Shown here: one piece after another, positions 10,787 to 20,668 of the stretch
How positions within the stretch are numbered: position 1 is the first letter of the stretch
How the letters are laid out: each line of letters opens with the position of its first letter
Program-made: the position numbers and the translations under genes
The notes under the pieces: model-generated
Databases searched by the model: none
Seen by the model: only the letters and a program-made list of their open reading frames with translations
What the model was told of the DNA's origin: nothing
DNA from: a virus
Taxonomy: Duplodnaviria > Caudoviricetes
Reading direction: 5' to 3' (one strand)
Length of the DNA: 42,707 bases
Virus record (IMG/VR): IMGVR_UViG_3300015050_000538
Span: 1-42,707 of that record

Positions 10787-11182
10787 TCAACGTGAACCTA
10801 ATTGACGACGAAGGCCCAAACCGGCCCATTTCTGAATATTCTGAATAGTGCACCAGCCGCTCTTGGCTGACAACGTTACGATGCGAGCATTGCCAACAGC
10901 AGGGAGCTTCATTGTAAGGATTACCCCTTCTGGGACAATGATACCACTGGCAATAGAACCTCCTGCTACTGGATGCGTAATAGCAGAGGCAAAGTCAATA
11001 ATCAGTGCAGTGGTGGCAAAGATCGATACCAGATCATATTCATCCGGAATATCAATGGCCACAGAACTAGAATGGGCCACTGGAATATACAAGAGCCCCT
11101 TAGGCCTTACAATGTCCAGTGGAATCGACTGAGCATCTTCTGTACTAAGTGGGTAAAGCTGAAGCTCAGCCGATGTAGCCAT
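10787..11182 (-). CDS. Hypothetical virion-associated protein, 131 aa
   Basis: Start overlaps the upstream stop (TAATG); beta-rich sequence. Confidence 0.65.
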   Translation of the reverse strand: MATSAELQLYPLSTEDAQSIPLDIVRPKGLLYIPVAHSSSVAIDIPDEYDLVSIFATTALIIDFASAITHPVAGGSIASGIIVPEGVILTMKLPAVGNARIVTLSAKSGWCTIQNIQKWAGLGLRRQLGSR

Positions 11183-11712
11183 TATGATTTCTCCGAAAGA
11201 TGATTGATAGTGGCATCCTTCTCTTTGCTGCTTCGAGTAGATCCAAACTCAAAGTTATAGATAGCATCGAGATAGCCGAGGAAGCGTCCAAGGATAAGAG
11301 TTACAACACCCTTAGCAAACTCATTGATGTTAGGATCTGACCACACAATGTAGAAGAGCCAGGCCACAATGGCAAAGGCCAAGATGAACATGATGTTAGC
11401 GCGATGATTATACTTGCCATTCGTAATGAATGCAGTATCCCGGATGCGGGCAGAATTAACATCAGCTAGATAGAGCTTTTCCATCTCAAGATCATTGGCA
11501 ATCATCATGATCTTAAACTCATAAGCTTTCTCCTGCGAGGAAGCAAAGATGGTAACAGCTTCTTCGATAGAGCCAGCACCCGAAACAGAGGTAGCTACTT
11601 CCTCAATTTTATCTAGCACAGATTTAGGAGCACCTGATTCCCCAACTCCTAAGAAGCGAAGGATAGAAGGTGCAAACTGAGCCAGAGCCAATACAGCAGG
11701 CAAGATAGGCAT
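11182..11712 (-). CDS. Putative holin (membrane protein next to the endolysin)
   Basis: Hydrophobic N-terminus plus two C-terminal TM segments (IMFILAFAIVAWLFYIVW; GVVTLILGRFLGYL) and an FEFGS-S-K tail typical of 3TM-holin-like proteins; AAGGA RBS. Confidence 0.6.
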   Translation of the reverse strand: MPILPAVLALAQFAPSILRFLGVGESGAPKSVLDKIEEVATSVSGAGSIEEAVTIFASSQEKAYEFKIMMIANDLEMEKLYLADVNSARIRDTAFITNGKYNHRANIMFILAFAIVAWLFYIVWSDPNINEFAKGVVTLILGRFLGYLDAIYNFEFGSTRSSKEKDATINHLSEKS

Positions 11713-11720
11713 GTTAGTCC

Positions 11721-12200
11721 TTAAGAATCAATAGCGCCATAGCGCAAGTTACCTGCAATTCTACGCATCCAACCGGCTCCATGTTGCTTCCAGTTCTTAA
11801 GCTTGGTCATGAACTCAATTCGCTCAGCATTGAAGCGTAGAATCTGATCAGTCTCACTCATAGTCTGCGAGGCAAGAAGAGAAGCCGGGCCGAAGTGGCC
11901 ATCATCAGCTACATCCAAAGCTCTCTGAAGAAGTCTGATAGATTGCGATATGCCAGAGTTAACTGCCGAGTCAAGTAGCTGGTAAGCCGTGCCATCATGT
12001 AAACGTTCCCCTTTAATAGGAAGCCAGAAGTCTCGAAGGTAGATTGCAACAGCCTGATCCCGTGTAAGATTTTTAATGTCTACGTTAGGGTAGCTACGTT
12101 TTGAGATGCCCCAATTAGTCTCACCGCCGGGATCATCAGGATCATTTACATAACCACCTTCATGGCCTAGAACTCGGTCAATGCATTTCTTAAAGTCCAT
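11721..12200 (-). CDS. Endolysin, glycoside hydrolase family 108 with C-terminal peptidoglycan-binding region
   Basis: HEGGYVNDPDDPGGETNWGIS catalytic motif, DSAVNSG, LQRALDVADDGHFGP and GWMRR; start placed at MDFKK. Confidence 0.9.
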   Translation of the reverse strand: MDFKKCIDRVLGHEGGYVNDPDDPGGETNWGISKRSYPNVDIKNLTRDQAVAIYLRDFWLPIKGERLHDGTAYQLLDSAVNSGISQSIRLLQRALDVADDGHFGPASLLASQTMSETDQILRFNAERIEFMTKLKNWKQHGAGWMRRIAGNLRYGAIDS

Positions 12201-12211
12201 GATGTTTCCTG

Positions 12212-13315
12212 TCATAGATACAGAGCACCAGTAGCAACTGCGCCACCAGTAGAGCCTGGGAAGTAAGCGGCACCAGCTCCTGTGCCAGAGATGAGACTAA
12301 GCTGAGCTGCGTTATATCGTTGCCCAGTCACAGTGAAACCTCCTAGCGTATAAGTCTGCCCCGGCATCATTGCATAAGAGCCACTGCCTAGTAGAATAAA
12401 CTGGTTAACTACCATGTTAGCAGTAAATGTAACTGTCAAAGTAGCATGATGTACTCTACCACCTTGCGATGCTGTGATATGGTTAGAAGTTGTACCTGAA
12501 ATGTTATAATTACCCATTGCGTAAATTATTGCACCAGAGGCACAGTTTATATGCGCAAGAGTTGCTACTCCGAAATCTAGCCCAGAATGATAGATTACAT
12601 TACCTACACCGTTAAGCCACAATGAGATTTGAGTGCAGGTAATCTTGAAGTTTTTAAGAATCCACTGAGCTGGCTTATCTCCAGGAATGTTAAAAGGAGC
12701 ACCACCTTGCAGTCTTCCGCAGATGAACGCTGAGGTACTAGCAGCTACGATATTAACATGCACGTTAGCCGGAGTTACTGCATTACCCTGAATGATAGGA
12801 ATCAAAGATCCTACAAATGGCTTAAGAATAGCCCCTGCTGCGTAGCTGCCATCTTTGATTTGGATAGTAACCTGATAGCCGGCAGTGTCTAGCGTATAAG
12901 CTACTACGTCTACTGCTTTCTGGATTGTAAGAAACGCACCACCAGCTGAGTCCGTAAGACCTGTATTAGCATCATTACCGTCTGTACGCACATAGTACGT
13001 AGTATCAGCAGCCAGAATAGTTCTACCACCCCCACCTCCGCCGCCACCTGTAGAAGCAATAACAGGATTAAAGGGATCAGTGTTATCTACAGTGATGTTA
13101 GCGCCTGCAACTACAGAAGACACGCCACCAATAGCCAACTGCCACGTAGGCCCTGTATGATCTACTAGATAATAGAAAGCATTATTATCAAGCTTACGAG
13201 CAAATTTGCCCTCATCATCAGCAGTGACAATGAGGGCATTAAGTGCGGTAGTATCTGCTACTTCCCAGTTCTGGATTCGGTGAACATCACCTAAGCCTAC
13301 GTCTTTGTGGAGCAT
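12212..13315 (-). CDS. Tail fibre/spike (receptor-binding) protein, 367 aa
   Basis: N-terminal anchor region, poly-Gly linker, then YYVRTDGNDANTG...FLTIQKAVD...IQIKDGSY, typical of the start of a beta-helix domain. Confidence 0.7.
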   Translation of the reverse strand: MLHKDVGLGDVHRIQNWEVADTTALNALIVTADDEGKFARKLDNNAFYYLVDHTGPTWQLAIGGVSSVVAGANITVDNTDPFNPVIASTGGGGGGGGRTILAADTTYYVRTDGNDANTGLTDSAGGAFLTIQKAVDVVAYTLDTAGYQVTIQIKDGSYAAGAILKPFVGSLIPIIQGNAVTPANVHVNIVAASTSAFICGRLQGGAPFNIPGDKPAQWILKNFKITCTQISLWLNGVGNVIYHSGLDFGVATLAHINCASGAIIYAMGNYNISGTTSNHITASQGGRVHHATLTVTFTANMVVNQFILLGSGSYAMMPGQTYTLGGFTVTGQRYNAAQLSLISGTGAGAAYFPGSTGGAVATGALYL

Positions 13316-13326
13316 ACTAGACTTTC

Positions 13327-13521
13327 TTAAACAGTATCGAGAGGCACAGAGTACGCATACGCTGTGAGAAGATCACCGGAGACAGTAGTGACTAAAGCTC
13401 CGGCAATCATAATTGGTTCGTACACTGGAACTAGGAAGCTATCACCGACAATATCAATGATCTCCGAAGGCTCCAGTGCACGAGTTAGGCTTTTAGCATA
13501 ATTAGGATCAGCCCATGACAT
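13327..13521 (-). CDS. Hypothetical protein, 64 aa
   Basis: Tightly packed between neighbours; GGAG RBS. Confidence 0.6.
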   Translation of the reverse strand: MSWADPNYAKSLTRALEPSEIIDIVGDSFLVPVYEPIMIAGALVTTVSGDLLTAYAYSVPLDTV

Positions 13522-13523
13522 GA

Positions 13524-13805
13524 TTATTCTCCAGATCGTTTAATAGCTTCTTTAACAGATTCACGGAAGATGAGCCAGAGGATACCAGCGGCAACGCTCA
13601 TCTTAGCAATCCACACTGAGCAATATTCCACCCAGCTCATTACCTTTAAGAAGCCCTTGATGTTTGTATACATCTCAAGAAGCTCCTTGTCTGCCTGCTC
13701 TCTGGTGGAAAGCTTATCCGTTATCTCTGTTAGTTGATCCTTAAGCTCATCGAATTTGCTGTCAATTTCTTTATCCGTCATGCTGATTACTTCGGGTGTA
13801 GTCAT
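13524..13805 (-). CDS. Small membrane protein with coiled coil and one TM segment (possible lysis/holin-like function)
   Basis: Coiled-coil-like N-terminus, then WIAKMSVAAGILWLIF; start may be 13781 (MTDKE). Confidence 0.55.
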   Translation of the reverse strand: MTTPEVISMTDKEIDSKFDELKDQLTEITDKLSTREQADKELLEMYTNIKGFLKVMSWVEYCSVWIAKMSVAAGILWLIFRESVKEAIKRSGE

Positions 13806-14346
13806 TGTTAAAGATCATAGCTGCATCAGTAGCCAGGGCAAAAGCCTTCTGCGAGGACTGAGCGTCGCCAATATCGTTAAAGATTACAGATGCTGCACGT
13901 TGCAATACAGCAGACCAGTTACCATTGAGCATCCAAAATGTAGGAGCTGCATCCGTGAGGATAGGGGGATACTTGTAATAGCCAAAGTCAAGAGCAGAAG
14001 CACTAGCTCGAAGCCTCACGTTAATAGAGTCACCTGAGATATACCACTTATCTAAGAGCTCGCAGTCCTTAGTAAGCTTCAGGCTAGTAACTTCATCTAC
14101 ATACTTCTTAAGGCCGCCATACTTGAGGTAGGAGACCTTGCGGAAGCGGGTAAGATCATCAATAGTGATGATAAGCTCAAAGCCAGCTGGTGCAATAGGC
14201 AATGAGACTTCTACCAGATCACGACGAAAATCTGATAGTGTTGAATAGTAGAGAACAGCAGCATTGACTTCACGGCGAATGTCAAGAATCTTATCTGGCC
14301 TCTTAGTCATGCTAATGATCTGTGTGACAATCTCCGTAAAGTTCAT
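13771..14346 (-). CDS. Head-tail adaptor / tail tubular protein A-like, 191 aa
   Basis: MNFTEIVTQI helical start, size and position two genes after the capsid; GAGG RBS. Confidence 0.55.
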   Translation of the reverse strand: MNFTEIVTQIISMTKRPDKILDIRREVNAAVLYYSTLSDFRRDLVEVSLPIAPAGFELIITIDDLTRFRKVSYLKYGGLKKYVDEVTSLKLTKDCELLDKWYISGDSINVRLRASASALDFGYYKYPPILTDAAPTFWMLNGNWSAVLQRAASVIFNDIGDAQSSQKAFALATDAAMIFNNDYTRSNQHDG

Positions 14347-14349
14347 GGC

Positions 14350-14694
14350 TTATTCCTCGCTAGGGATAAGAGCTACCAGACCGCGATCTTGCTTAAGCAG
14401 ATACGCAAGCAGCTTCTTTTCTTCTTCAGTCTCAGGGACCAGCACACCAAGCTTGTCTGGGTGGACTTTAGCACCAGAGTTGAGAATGAGATACTTCTGA
14501 CGCTGCATCAAGTAGGAGCCAGCTGGGTACTCTTTGTATGCATCAAGCATATTCTGAGTAATCTCTGGCTCAGGAGTAGGACTGGCGGTAGACTGGGAAA
14601 CAGAACCTTCTGCACCAGTGAGAATCTGAGGTTTCACAGCATCTTGTGCTGCTTTTTCGCGGGCCTTCTGGGCCAGCATATCTTGGAGAGACAT
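14350..14694 (-). CDS. Hypothetical protein, 114 aa (starts MSLQDM)
   Basis: AAAGGA RBS 6 nt before the ATG at 14694; the longer start in the ORF track runs through a hairpin. Confidence 0.7.
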   Translation of the reverse strand: MSLQDMLAQKAREKAAQDAVKPQILTGAEGSVSQSTASPTPEPEITQNMLDAYKEYPAGSYLMQRQKYLILNSGAKVHPDKLGVLVPETEEEKKLLAYLLKQDRGLVALIPSEE

Positions 14695-14710
14695 GATACA
14701 TCCTTTAATC

Positions 14711-14766
14711 AAAAGCCCTTCTACTCTAATTGTTCCCAGAGGAGCCAACTGGATAGAGTAGAAGGG
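14711..14766 (-). terminator. Long hairpin downstream of the major capsid gene (partial terminator or processing site)
   Basis: 13-bp perfect stem CCCTTCTACTCTA (14716-14728)/TAGAGTAGAAGGG (14754-14766), inner CCAG/CTGG stem, followed by CTTTT on the minus strand. Confidence 0.65.
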
Positions 14767-14796
14767 TGCCAAAACGGCTAACTCACCATGAACCTA

Positions 14797-16002
14797 TTAG
14801 GCGTCAGCAACACCTGCGGTCAAGCCATAGATCACTGCACAGGCGTAGGGGTTGATAAGCTCGACAGCCAATTCAGTCGTCAGCGAGCCGCCAACAGAAT
14901 CAGTACCGCTCTCAACAATCTTACCACCGGTGTTGTAATCTTCAGGCTTCGTATCGCGGCCATCCATGTAAGCCAGCTTGATAGCAGGCATGTCCAGAAT
15001 GACAGCCATACCCGAACGATCCAGACCATTCAGCAGAGGATGAATCACCAGATCCAGAGTACCTTGGTACATAGAGAAGCTGGTGTACTTCATACCGAAC
15101 TGGGTTTCGTTCTGCATAATCTGCACTTGGCCAGACTTACGACCAATGTCAGTGATGACCTTGATTGCAGTATTATCACCTACCAGCACTCGTCCCTTAG
15201 GATTGCCGACGTTAGCAGACGAAGTGAAGGCAGGCTCCACCAGCGTAACCAGCTGAGAATACGAAGTCGTAGAACCAGCGTTGTTGCTGTTCTCAGGTGC
15301 GTACTGCTCAATAGCATCCAAGATACCTTGGGTCGAGTGGATTGGAGTAGCTCCAGTCGTGTCCATCTTAGCCTGGCCCCAGATCAGAGCCGACTCAATG
15401 TCCACAGAATGGAAGCTCATGCAATCCTGACGGCTTTCAGCGATGTTGCTATAACCCATCTCAGCAACAGAAGCACGAGCAGTATCAGTCAGAGCCCAAG
15501 CATTGCGGAAGATCTGCGTGTAGTTAGGGACATACACCGTGGACATACGGCGGGCCGTAGGACGAGTAGAACCCTCTTCAAACGCAGTACCAACCTGAAT
15601 CCAAGGATCATTCAAGTTAATAGCAGCTGCTGCAACACGACCGAATGCACGGGTGATCGTAAGATCGGTACCGTTCACAACAGCCGTAACACGCACGTTC
15701 TCCAAGGTACGTGGATTATGCAGAACCATGCCAGCAGTGACGCCGACAGTAGAAGCAACCACAAGGGTAGTAGCGCCTACAAGGGCAGCAGCCGACACCA
15801 GCGTAACGAAGAGCATCGTCTTGCTGAAGTAGCCATGAGTAGAAGCCTTAGCCCGGCTGCGACCTGACATAGAAGTCAGACCGAAGATAGGCGCAGAGCC
15901 GTTAGGGAAACTACGCAGGATCTTGTCCGCAAACGAGCGGGCATTAAGTTCTGCGGGGTTGCCAGTATTGGTGTTAAAGACACCTTTTTGAAACACGGAC
16001 AT
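14797..16002 (-). CDS. Major capsid protein (HK97 fold; SU10/DUF5309-like), 401 aa
   Basis: NYTQIFR, DIESALIWG, TQGIL and VIHPLL motifs; strongly biased codon usage; follows the scaffold gene. Confidence 0.85.
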   Translation of the reverse strand: MSVFQKGVFNTNTGNPAELNARSFADKILRSFPNGSAPIFGLTSMSGRSRAKASTHGYFSKTMLFVTLVSAAALVGATTLVVASTVGVTAGMVLHNPRTLENVRVTAVVNGTDLTITRAFGRVAAAAINLNDPWIQVGTAFEEGSTRPTARRMSTVYVPNYTQIFRNAWALTDTARASVAEMGYSNIAESRQDCMSFHSVDIESALIWGQAKMDTTGATPIHSTQGILDAIEQYAPENSNNAGSTTSYSQLVTLVEPAFTSSANVGNPKGRVLVGDNTAIKVITDIGRKSGQVQIMQNETQFGMKYTSFSMYQGTLDLVIHPLLNGLDRSGMAVILDMPAIKLAYMDGRDTKPEDYNTGGKIVESGTDSVGGSLTTELAVELINPYACAVIYGLTAGVADA

Positions 16003-16029
16003 GATATTTAAATCCTATAAAGAATGAAC

Positions 16030-16785
16030 TTAGTTTGCATCAAAGTACTTGTCCCAATCGACTGACTGGTTCTGAGTATTCTGTTGCGGTTGATTTGCTT
16101 CGGGGTTGAGTGCGCCATAAAGATCAGCAACATATTGCTTAGCCGCTACTGCCACCTGTTGAGGTGACGCATCGGGATTAGCTGCTTGATACTTCTTAGC
16201 AATCTCCACCAGTTGTTGACGAACAATAGGGCTCTTAGCCCCGGCACCACCAGTAATCTCGCCCATAGTAAGTTCTTCACGAACAAGACTAGGGAGTCGT
16301 TTACCGTTGAATTCTTCGCGCATACCGACAAACTTATCTGTCATTGCGCTGCTATGCTGAAGTGAATTACGATAAGCTTCGCGGCCTACGTGATTCATGA
16401 TATCCATAAAAGACTTCATGTCACCGCCCATAGCCTTTTGCATGAGATCAGGTGACACGTTCTTGGTAAAATCCAATTGACCAGTAACAGTATCTAGTAC
16501 CTTACCATCAATAGAGAAGCTAGGAGCTACTTCTCCCTGCTTATTTGGATCATTAGTGAACATTGTAGCATAAGCAGCCATCGGATCTACAGCTTGATTG
16601 GAGCCGTTGACATTGCTGTTCGGAGTAGGATTACCATTAGGTTGCATACCCTGCTGCGATTGCGGCGCTGGAGTATTAGGACCTTGGCCGCCACCCGGCT
16701 GTTGGTTGTTCTGAGGCTGCTGATTGTTTTGAACAGGCTGTTGGGCTGGCTTAGTAAGACCTGCTGCTTCGAAGAATCCGGACAT
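16030..16785 (-). CDS. Capsid scaffolding protein, 251 aa
   Basis: Gln/Pro/Asn-rich disordered N-terminus and helical C-terminus; directly upstream of the capsid gene; AGGAG RBS. Confidence 0.65.
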   Translation of the reverse strand: MSGFFEAAGLTKPAQQPVQNNQQPQNNQQPGGGQGPNTPAPQSQQGMQPNGNPTPNSNVNGSNQAVDPMAAYATMFTNDPNKQGEVAPSFSIDGKVLDTVTGQLDFTKNVSPDLMQKAMGGDMKSFMDIMNHVGREAYRNSLQHSSAMTDKFVGMREEFNGKRLPSLVREELTMGEITGGAGAKSPIVRQQLVEIAKKYQAANPDASPQQVAVAAKQYVADLYGALNPEANQPQQNTQNQSVDWDKYFDAN

Positions 16786-16818
16786 GTTAAAGCTCCTAAA
16801 TTAAAGATGAGTTTGGCG

Positions 16819-17067
16819 TTAGCCGTTTTGTTTAGCTGATTCAAAGCTCAGAAGAGTATCAATAGTACTCAACTGCCCCTGCGCGTTAGCCAGACTGCGT
16901 AGATACTGTTCATCCGTCTGCCCAGCTCCAGGAGCCGAGAGTAGGATACCTTTGCCCACATTGTAGGCTAGGAGATGAAGATACTTTTGCACTGCAGGAT
17001 CAGAGAGTTTCTCCGCAATGATAGTCTCTTCAGTCTCACTTAGTGTTTGCTCAGGAAAGATGTTCAT
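16819..17067 (-). CDS. Small hypothetical protein between portal and scaffold, 82 aa
   Basis: ATGA overlap with the portal stop; helical sequence. Confidence 0.7.
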   Translation of the reverse strand: MNIFPEQTLSETEETIIAEKLSDPAVQKYLHLLAYNVGKGILLSAPGAGQTDEQYLRSLANAQGQLSTIDTLLSFESAKQNG

Positions 17068-19040
17068 GGCAGTGGTGCATTAGTTGGTTCAGTTGGAAGA
17101 ACAGGTTGCTGGCCTACGGCTCCTGTAAGGGCTTGAAGAGAAGCATCTTGCAAGCCAGGAGGAGCAGCAGCTGGTGGAGCCTTAGAAGGATCATACTCCT
17201 CAAGTCCTTTGACACCGCCAAGAGACATAAGATGGATAAACATTCCGGGAAGCATTTTACCAAACTCTGCCTGTAGAACCTGAGACTGCCCAATCATCTG
17301 CATACCAGTTCCGATCATATCGGTAGAGGCAAGCTTAGACTTAGGCGAGTATCCGTCTGCGATCTTGAAGCTAAGAGCGTGCTTACGAAGCTCATCAATG
17401 TTGATCTTAACAACCTCACCAGTCTTCTGAGATACGAGGTCCACATTCTCCCCATTCTGGAAGATGTTAAGAGTCATCATGGACTTCATAGGAGCAAAGA
17501 CCTGATACTCTAGCACAAGCGCAGGCAAGCGCAAGCGGTTATCAGCTCCACCCATCGTATCATTCCACTCCGTGACGCTCTTATTACCCTTCTGGAACTG
17601 GCCCATCTTGGCATTATTAAGACCGTGCAGCTCCTTAGAGAAGCCAATCATAGTCTGAGCATCTTGAATCGTAGACTCAGTACCTCGCATGTCAAAAGGA
17701 ATCTGCTTATAAACAGAATCCAGAGTCATTCCAGGAGTCAGGGGGTTAATGTTGACTGGAATCTTAGGAGCAGCAGCTCGAGAATTAACATCCTTGCCTT
17801 TAATAACGTTGCTGTTATACAGAGCACGATCAGAGACACTACGCCGAGCAGCCGCAAATCGGATGTTGAAGAGCTTAGCTGCACCATCTTGGAATGGAAT
17901 CTCTCCTTCAGCTACAGACTGAGTCTGATCACCAAAGCCATCTTCCATAGGCTGCCCAATAAGCATAGGCAGATAATCATAAGCACTGATGATCCTATGA
18001 GCGGCAACAACGTGCTGATTATTCACAACGACAATACGCCAGATTTGAGGAGTATTAGGTTGAGGGCTAACAATGCCATGATCAGCAGGGATAATGCGAG
18101 CATACAGCACCACCTTCTCGTACTGGTTGCCATAGGAAGGGCTACGTTTCTTAAGTGCACCGGTGCCACCAGCAGCATATGCATCCCAATCTACGCCACG
18201 CTTGTTGGTATAACCGTCTTTGCTAACGTATTCGCTGATCTGTGGGTTCTCAGTATAGACATTAGTGCCGTTATAAGTACCACCCAGATAGCCAGAATTC
18301 ATGGCTTCGGTGATATTAAATGCACGACCTTGCTTATCCATCTTGATCAGATACTTCTTCATCTGGGTCATGGAGATGCGCTCGATGTAGCCTACATAAT
18401 CACCATGCTCTGCCACGTCACCGGGGAGGACAGAAGCGTCACGGATGATGTTACGAGGATTGATCCGCTTCAGACGGTTAAAGAACTTGTCTTTATTCTC
18501 AAGAGCTCGGCCAGTTCCGCTGAGATAGTCACTAAGGGTGGAGTATTGGGAGATAGCATCCCAATCTACTTCCAGTCCAGAGTAGTTATATTTGACAGCA
18601 TCGCGCAGGAACATCAGCAGCTGACGAGCATAGCCACCAAGAGAAGCATGATCGTCCAGAAGAGTCTCTAGTTGCTCGGCCCATACACGAGTACTAGGAG
18701 ATGAGACAACAGGAAACAGAGGGCTACCAGTGCAAAAGACGTCAGCAAGGTACGCAACATAAGAGTCTACCTGAGATACAACAACAGGAGGAGTGATCTT
18801 ATCTCCAGTGTTGAAGATATCACAAGACATATCAGCAGCTCGCACGTCGACGCCACCGTCAGTCATGACAGCTTCTGCATCTCCAGTGTAGCGAGCGTAG
18901 GCTCGATCAATAATATCCATCTTCTCGTGGAGTTCTGTGCTGTTCTGAACATGATATTCAGTTACACGGCGCACGAAATTCAGGAGGGAATTCTGAGCTT
19001 CCTTCTTGATCTTGATGGAGTCAGTCTTTATTGTAGCCAT
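17064..19040 (-). CDS. Portal protein, 658 aa
   Basis: Directly after the large terminase; size and motifs (GQFQKGNKSVTEW, RRSVSDRALY) fit podovirus portals. Confidence 0.8.
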   Translation of the reverse strand: MATIKTDSIKIKKEAQNSLLNFVRRVTEYHVQNSTELHEKMDIIDRAYARYTGDAEAVMTDGGVDVRAADMSCDIFNTGDKITPPVVVSQVDSYVAYLADVFCTGSPLFPVVSSPSTRVWAEQLETLLDDHASLGGYARQLLMFLRDAVKYNYSGLEVDWDAISQYSTLSDYLSGTGRALENKDKFFNRLKRINPRNIIRDASVLPGDVAEHGDYVGYIERISMTQMKKYLIKMDKQGRAFNITEAMNSGYLGGTYNGTNVYTENPQISEYVSKDGYTNKRGVDWDAYAAGGTGALKKRSPSYGNQYEKVVLYARIIPADHGIVSPQPNTPQIWRIVVVNNQHVVAAHRIISAYDYLPMLIGQPMEDGFGDQTQSVAEGEIPFQDGAAKLFNIRFAAARRSVSDRALYNSNVIKGKDVNSRAAAPKIPVNINPLTPGMTLDSVYKQIPFDMRGTESTIQDAQTMIGFSKELHGLNNAKMGQFQKGNKSVTEWNDTMGGADNRLRLPALVLEYQVFAPMKSMMTLNIFQNGENVDLVSQKTGEVVKINIDELRKHALSFKIADGYSPKSKLASTDMIGTGMQMIGQSQVLQAEFGKMLPGMFIHLMSLGGVKGLEEYDPSKAPPAAAPPGLQDASLQALTGAVGQQPVLPTEPTNAPLP

Positions 19041-19047
19041 GATTTTC

Positions 19048-20562
19048 CTAGAATGGAGTGTTATCTAAGACAACACCGGGAGAGACAAGAAGGAGGTTTG
19101 CTTTTCGCAAGTTAGTGACCAGATGCCAATACTCAGCACGTACATCTAAGCCGTATGCTGTTGCATCTAAGATGTCATCTTTATTTTTGTCCTTGCCTAT
19201 TTTATACTTCATAGCCTGCCAAAGCCATACTGCTCGGGCCTCACTGTGAATGTAGTAATTGGAAGCAGTCACCTCTGCAACAAATAGACGGATACGCTGT
19301 TCTTTACTTCTGTTCTTATGCTTAAGAGGTACTACGGAGATACCAGTTAAGCCCCACAGTTTAAGATACTTGTTAACCCAGAAGAGAAGAGTCTGTTGAT
19401 AGGCAGCATCTTCAATGCCAATAAGAGAAGCACCATGCTTGAGGGCAAGACGCAGAGCCTCTAGAATAAGTTCCTCAGGGTCTTTGACTCCAGCATTGAT
19501 CTCTCGAATAGTGCCTTTGCCATCATAGACATAGTGGACTACAATGACGTTATCATCAGAAGAATCCCGGAAACCCGCAGGATCAATGGTTAAGAATACT
19601 CCATCTGGGATCTCTTCTTCGAACAGGTACGGAGAATCTGGAATGCTTCCATCTATTAGCGAACGACTACGAGAAATGGGATCATTCATAACCTCCGCAA
19701 ACCAAACATCAGCTTCTCCCAACTCCATATCGTGCATGTAGGAGTCAAGAAGCTCTTCCAGAGAATGCAGTTCTGGCCACAGTGGCTCACCGTTCTCAAG
19801 AATAGCGCCAGTGATAAAGGAGATCCACTTGCTGTTATTCTTAAGCTGAAACAACATGCAGTTCTCGGAGTACATGTTGCCTACGTAGATGATAAGACGA
19901 TCACCACGAGGGGCAATAATCTTGAACGTAGCTACTAGACGCTTACGAAACTTAGCAGACTCAGTAGGAGAGTCATCACATTCCTTAGTTTGTGCATCAT
20001 CACAGAAGATAAGGTCTGGCCTATTGTGCTTGACGTTGATACCACGAATAGCTGAGTCGGCTCCTTTGGCGGCAAGGATAATATTGCGACCATGGTAGAG
20101 GGCTTTCTTGAGTTCTTTGTTATCTGTAGAAAGCTGATCTGTCCAACGGCCATAAATTGCTTCAGCATTATCAGATCCTAACATCTCGGAGACGTCAGAT
20201 ACAAGCTCTTCTGCAAGAGGGCCATTAGCGCAGATGACCACAGCAAATGTGATCTTATCATAGGCAATAAGCCAAGCAATTAGGATCTTGATGAAGGTAG
20301 TTTTAGCATGACCACGCGGAAGCCCCAGCGCAAAACGCAGAATACGCTGCATTTGGGCCGGGGTCCTGTTTACAAGCATCTTAAAGATGGCTACATAGAA
20401 GGCAGGAAGAGCAGAAATAACGACAGTAGGCAGCATCATGGCTGCAAAGAAGTTAATATCTACTTTCCCACGCTCATAGGCCTCTGAAAGATCTACGGCA
20501 AGTGCGCTTACTTCTGCTTGTACTGCTTCTGTGGAGCCTTCAATAGCAACAAGCTCACTCAT
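19048..20562 (-). CDS. terL: Terminase large subunit, 504 aa
   Basis: Walker A-like LPRGHAKTT, IRG..RPDLIFCDD Walker B, nuclease motifs TIDPAG, GIED and KDDILDA. Confidence 0.93.
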   Translation of the reverse strand: MSELVAIEGSTEAVQAEVSALAVDLSEAYERGKVDINFFAAMMLPTVVISALPAFYVAIFKMLVNRTPAQMQRILRFALGLPRGHAKTTFIKILIAWLIAYDKITFAVVICANGPLAEELVSDVSEMLGSDNAEAIYGRWTDQLSTDNKELKKALYHGRNIILAAKGADSAIRGINVKHNRPDLIFCDDAQTKECDDSPTESAKFRKRLVATFKIIAPRGDRLIIYVGNMYSENCMLFQLKNNSKWISFITGAILENGEPLWPELHSLEELLDSYMHDMELGEADVWFAEVMNDPISRSRSLIDGSIPDSPYLFEEEIPDGVFLTIDPAGFRDSSDDNVIVVHYVYDGKGTIREINAGVKDPEELILEALRLALKHGASLIGIEDAAYQQTLLFWVNKYLKLWGLTGISVVPLKHKNRSKEQRIRLFVAEVTASNYYIHSEARAVWLWQAMKYKIGKDKNKDDILDATAYGLDVRAEYWHLVTNLRKANLLLVSPGVVLDNTPF

Positions 20563-20668
20563 TCTTAGCTTTCACTGTGGGTTTGAAGAGAGCTGCTAGT
20601 TTAGAGCTGGCCTTAAGAAGCGCAACTTGCTTATTTTCCGTAAGCGGAGACTTGGCTGGTACTTTCAT
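20555..20668 (-). CDS. Small basic hypothetical protein, 37 aa (MKVPAKSPLTENKQVALLKASSKLAALFKPTVKAKNE), not in the ORF track
   Basis: Read by hand; bridges terS and terL, and its stop lies just inside the terL start; weak RBS. Confidence 0.4.
   Translation of the reverse strand: MKVPAKSPLTENKQVALLKASSKLAALFKPTVKAKNE

Noticed and set aside
14695-14772. Longer N-terminus for the 14350 gene given by the ORF track
   Set aside because: It runs through the post-capsid hairpin; the ATG at 14694 has a clear RBS
14788-15867. 359-aa plus-strand ORF antisense to the major capsid gene
   Set aside because: Shadow of a codon-biased gene; no RBS and no protein-like motifs
17625-18671. 348-aa plus-strand ORF antisense to the portal gene
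   Set aside because: Shadow ORF lying wholly within a well-supported gene on the other strand
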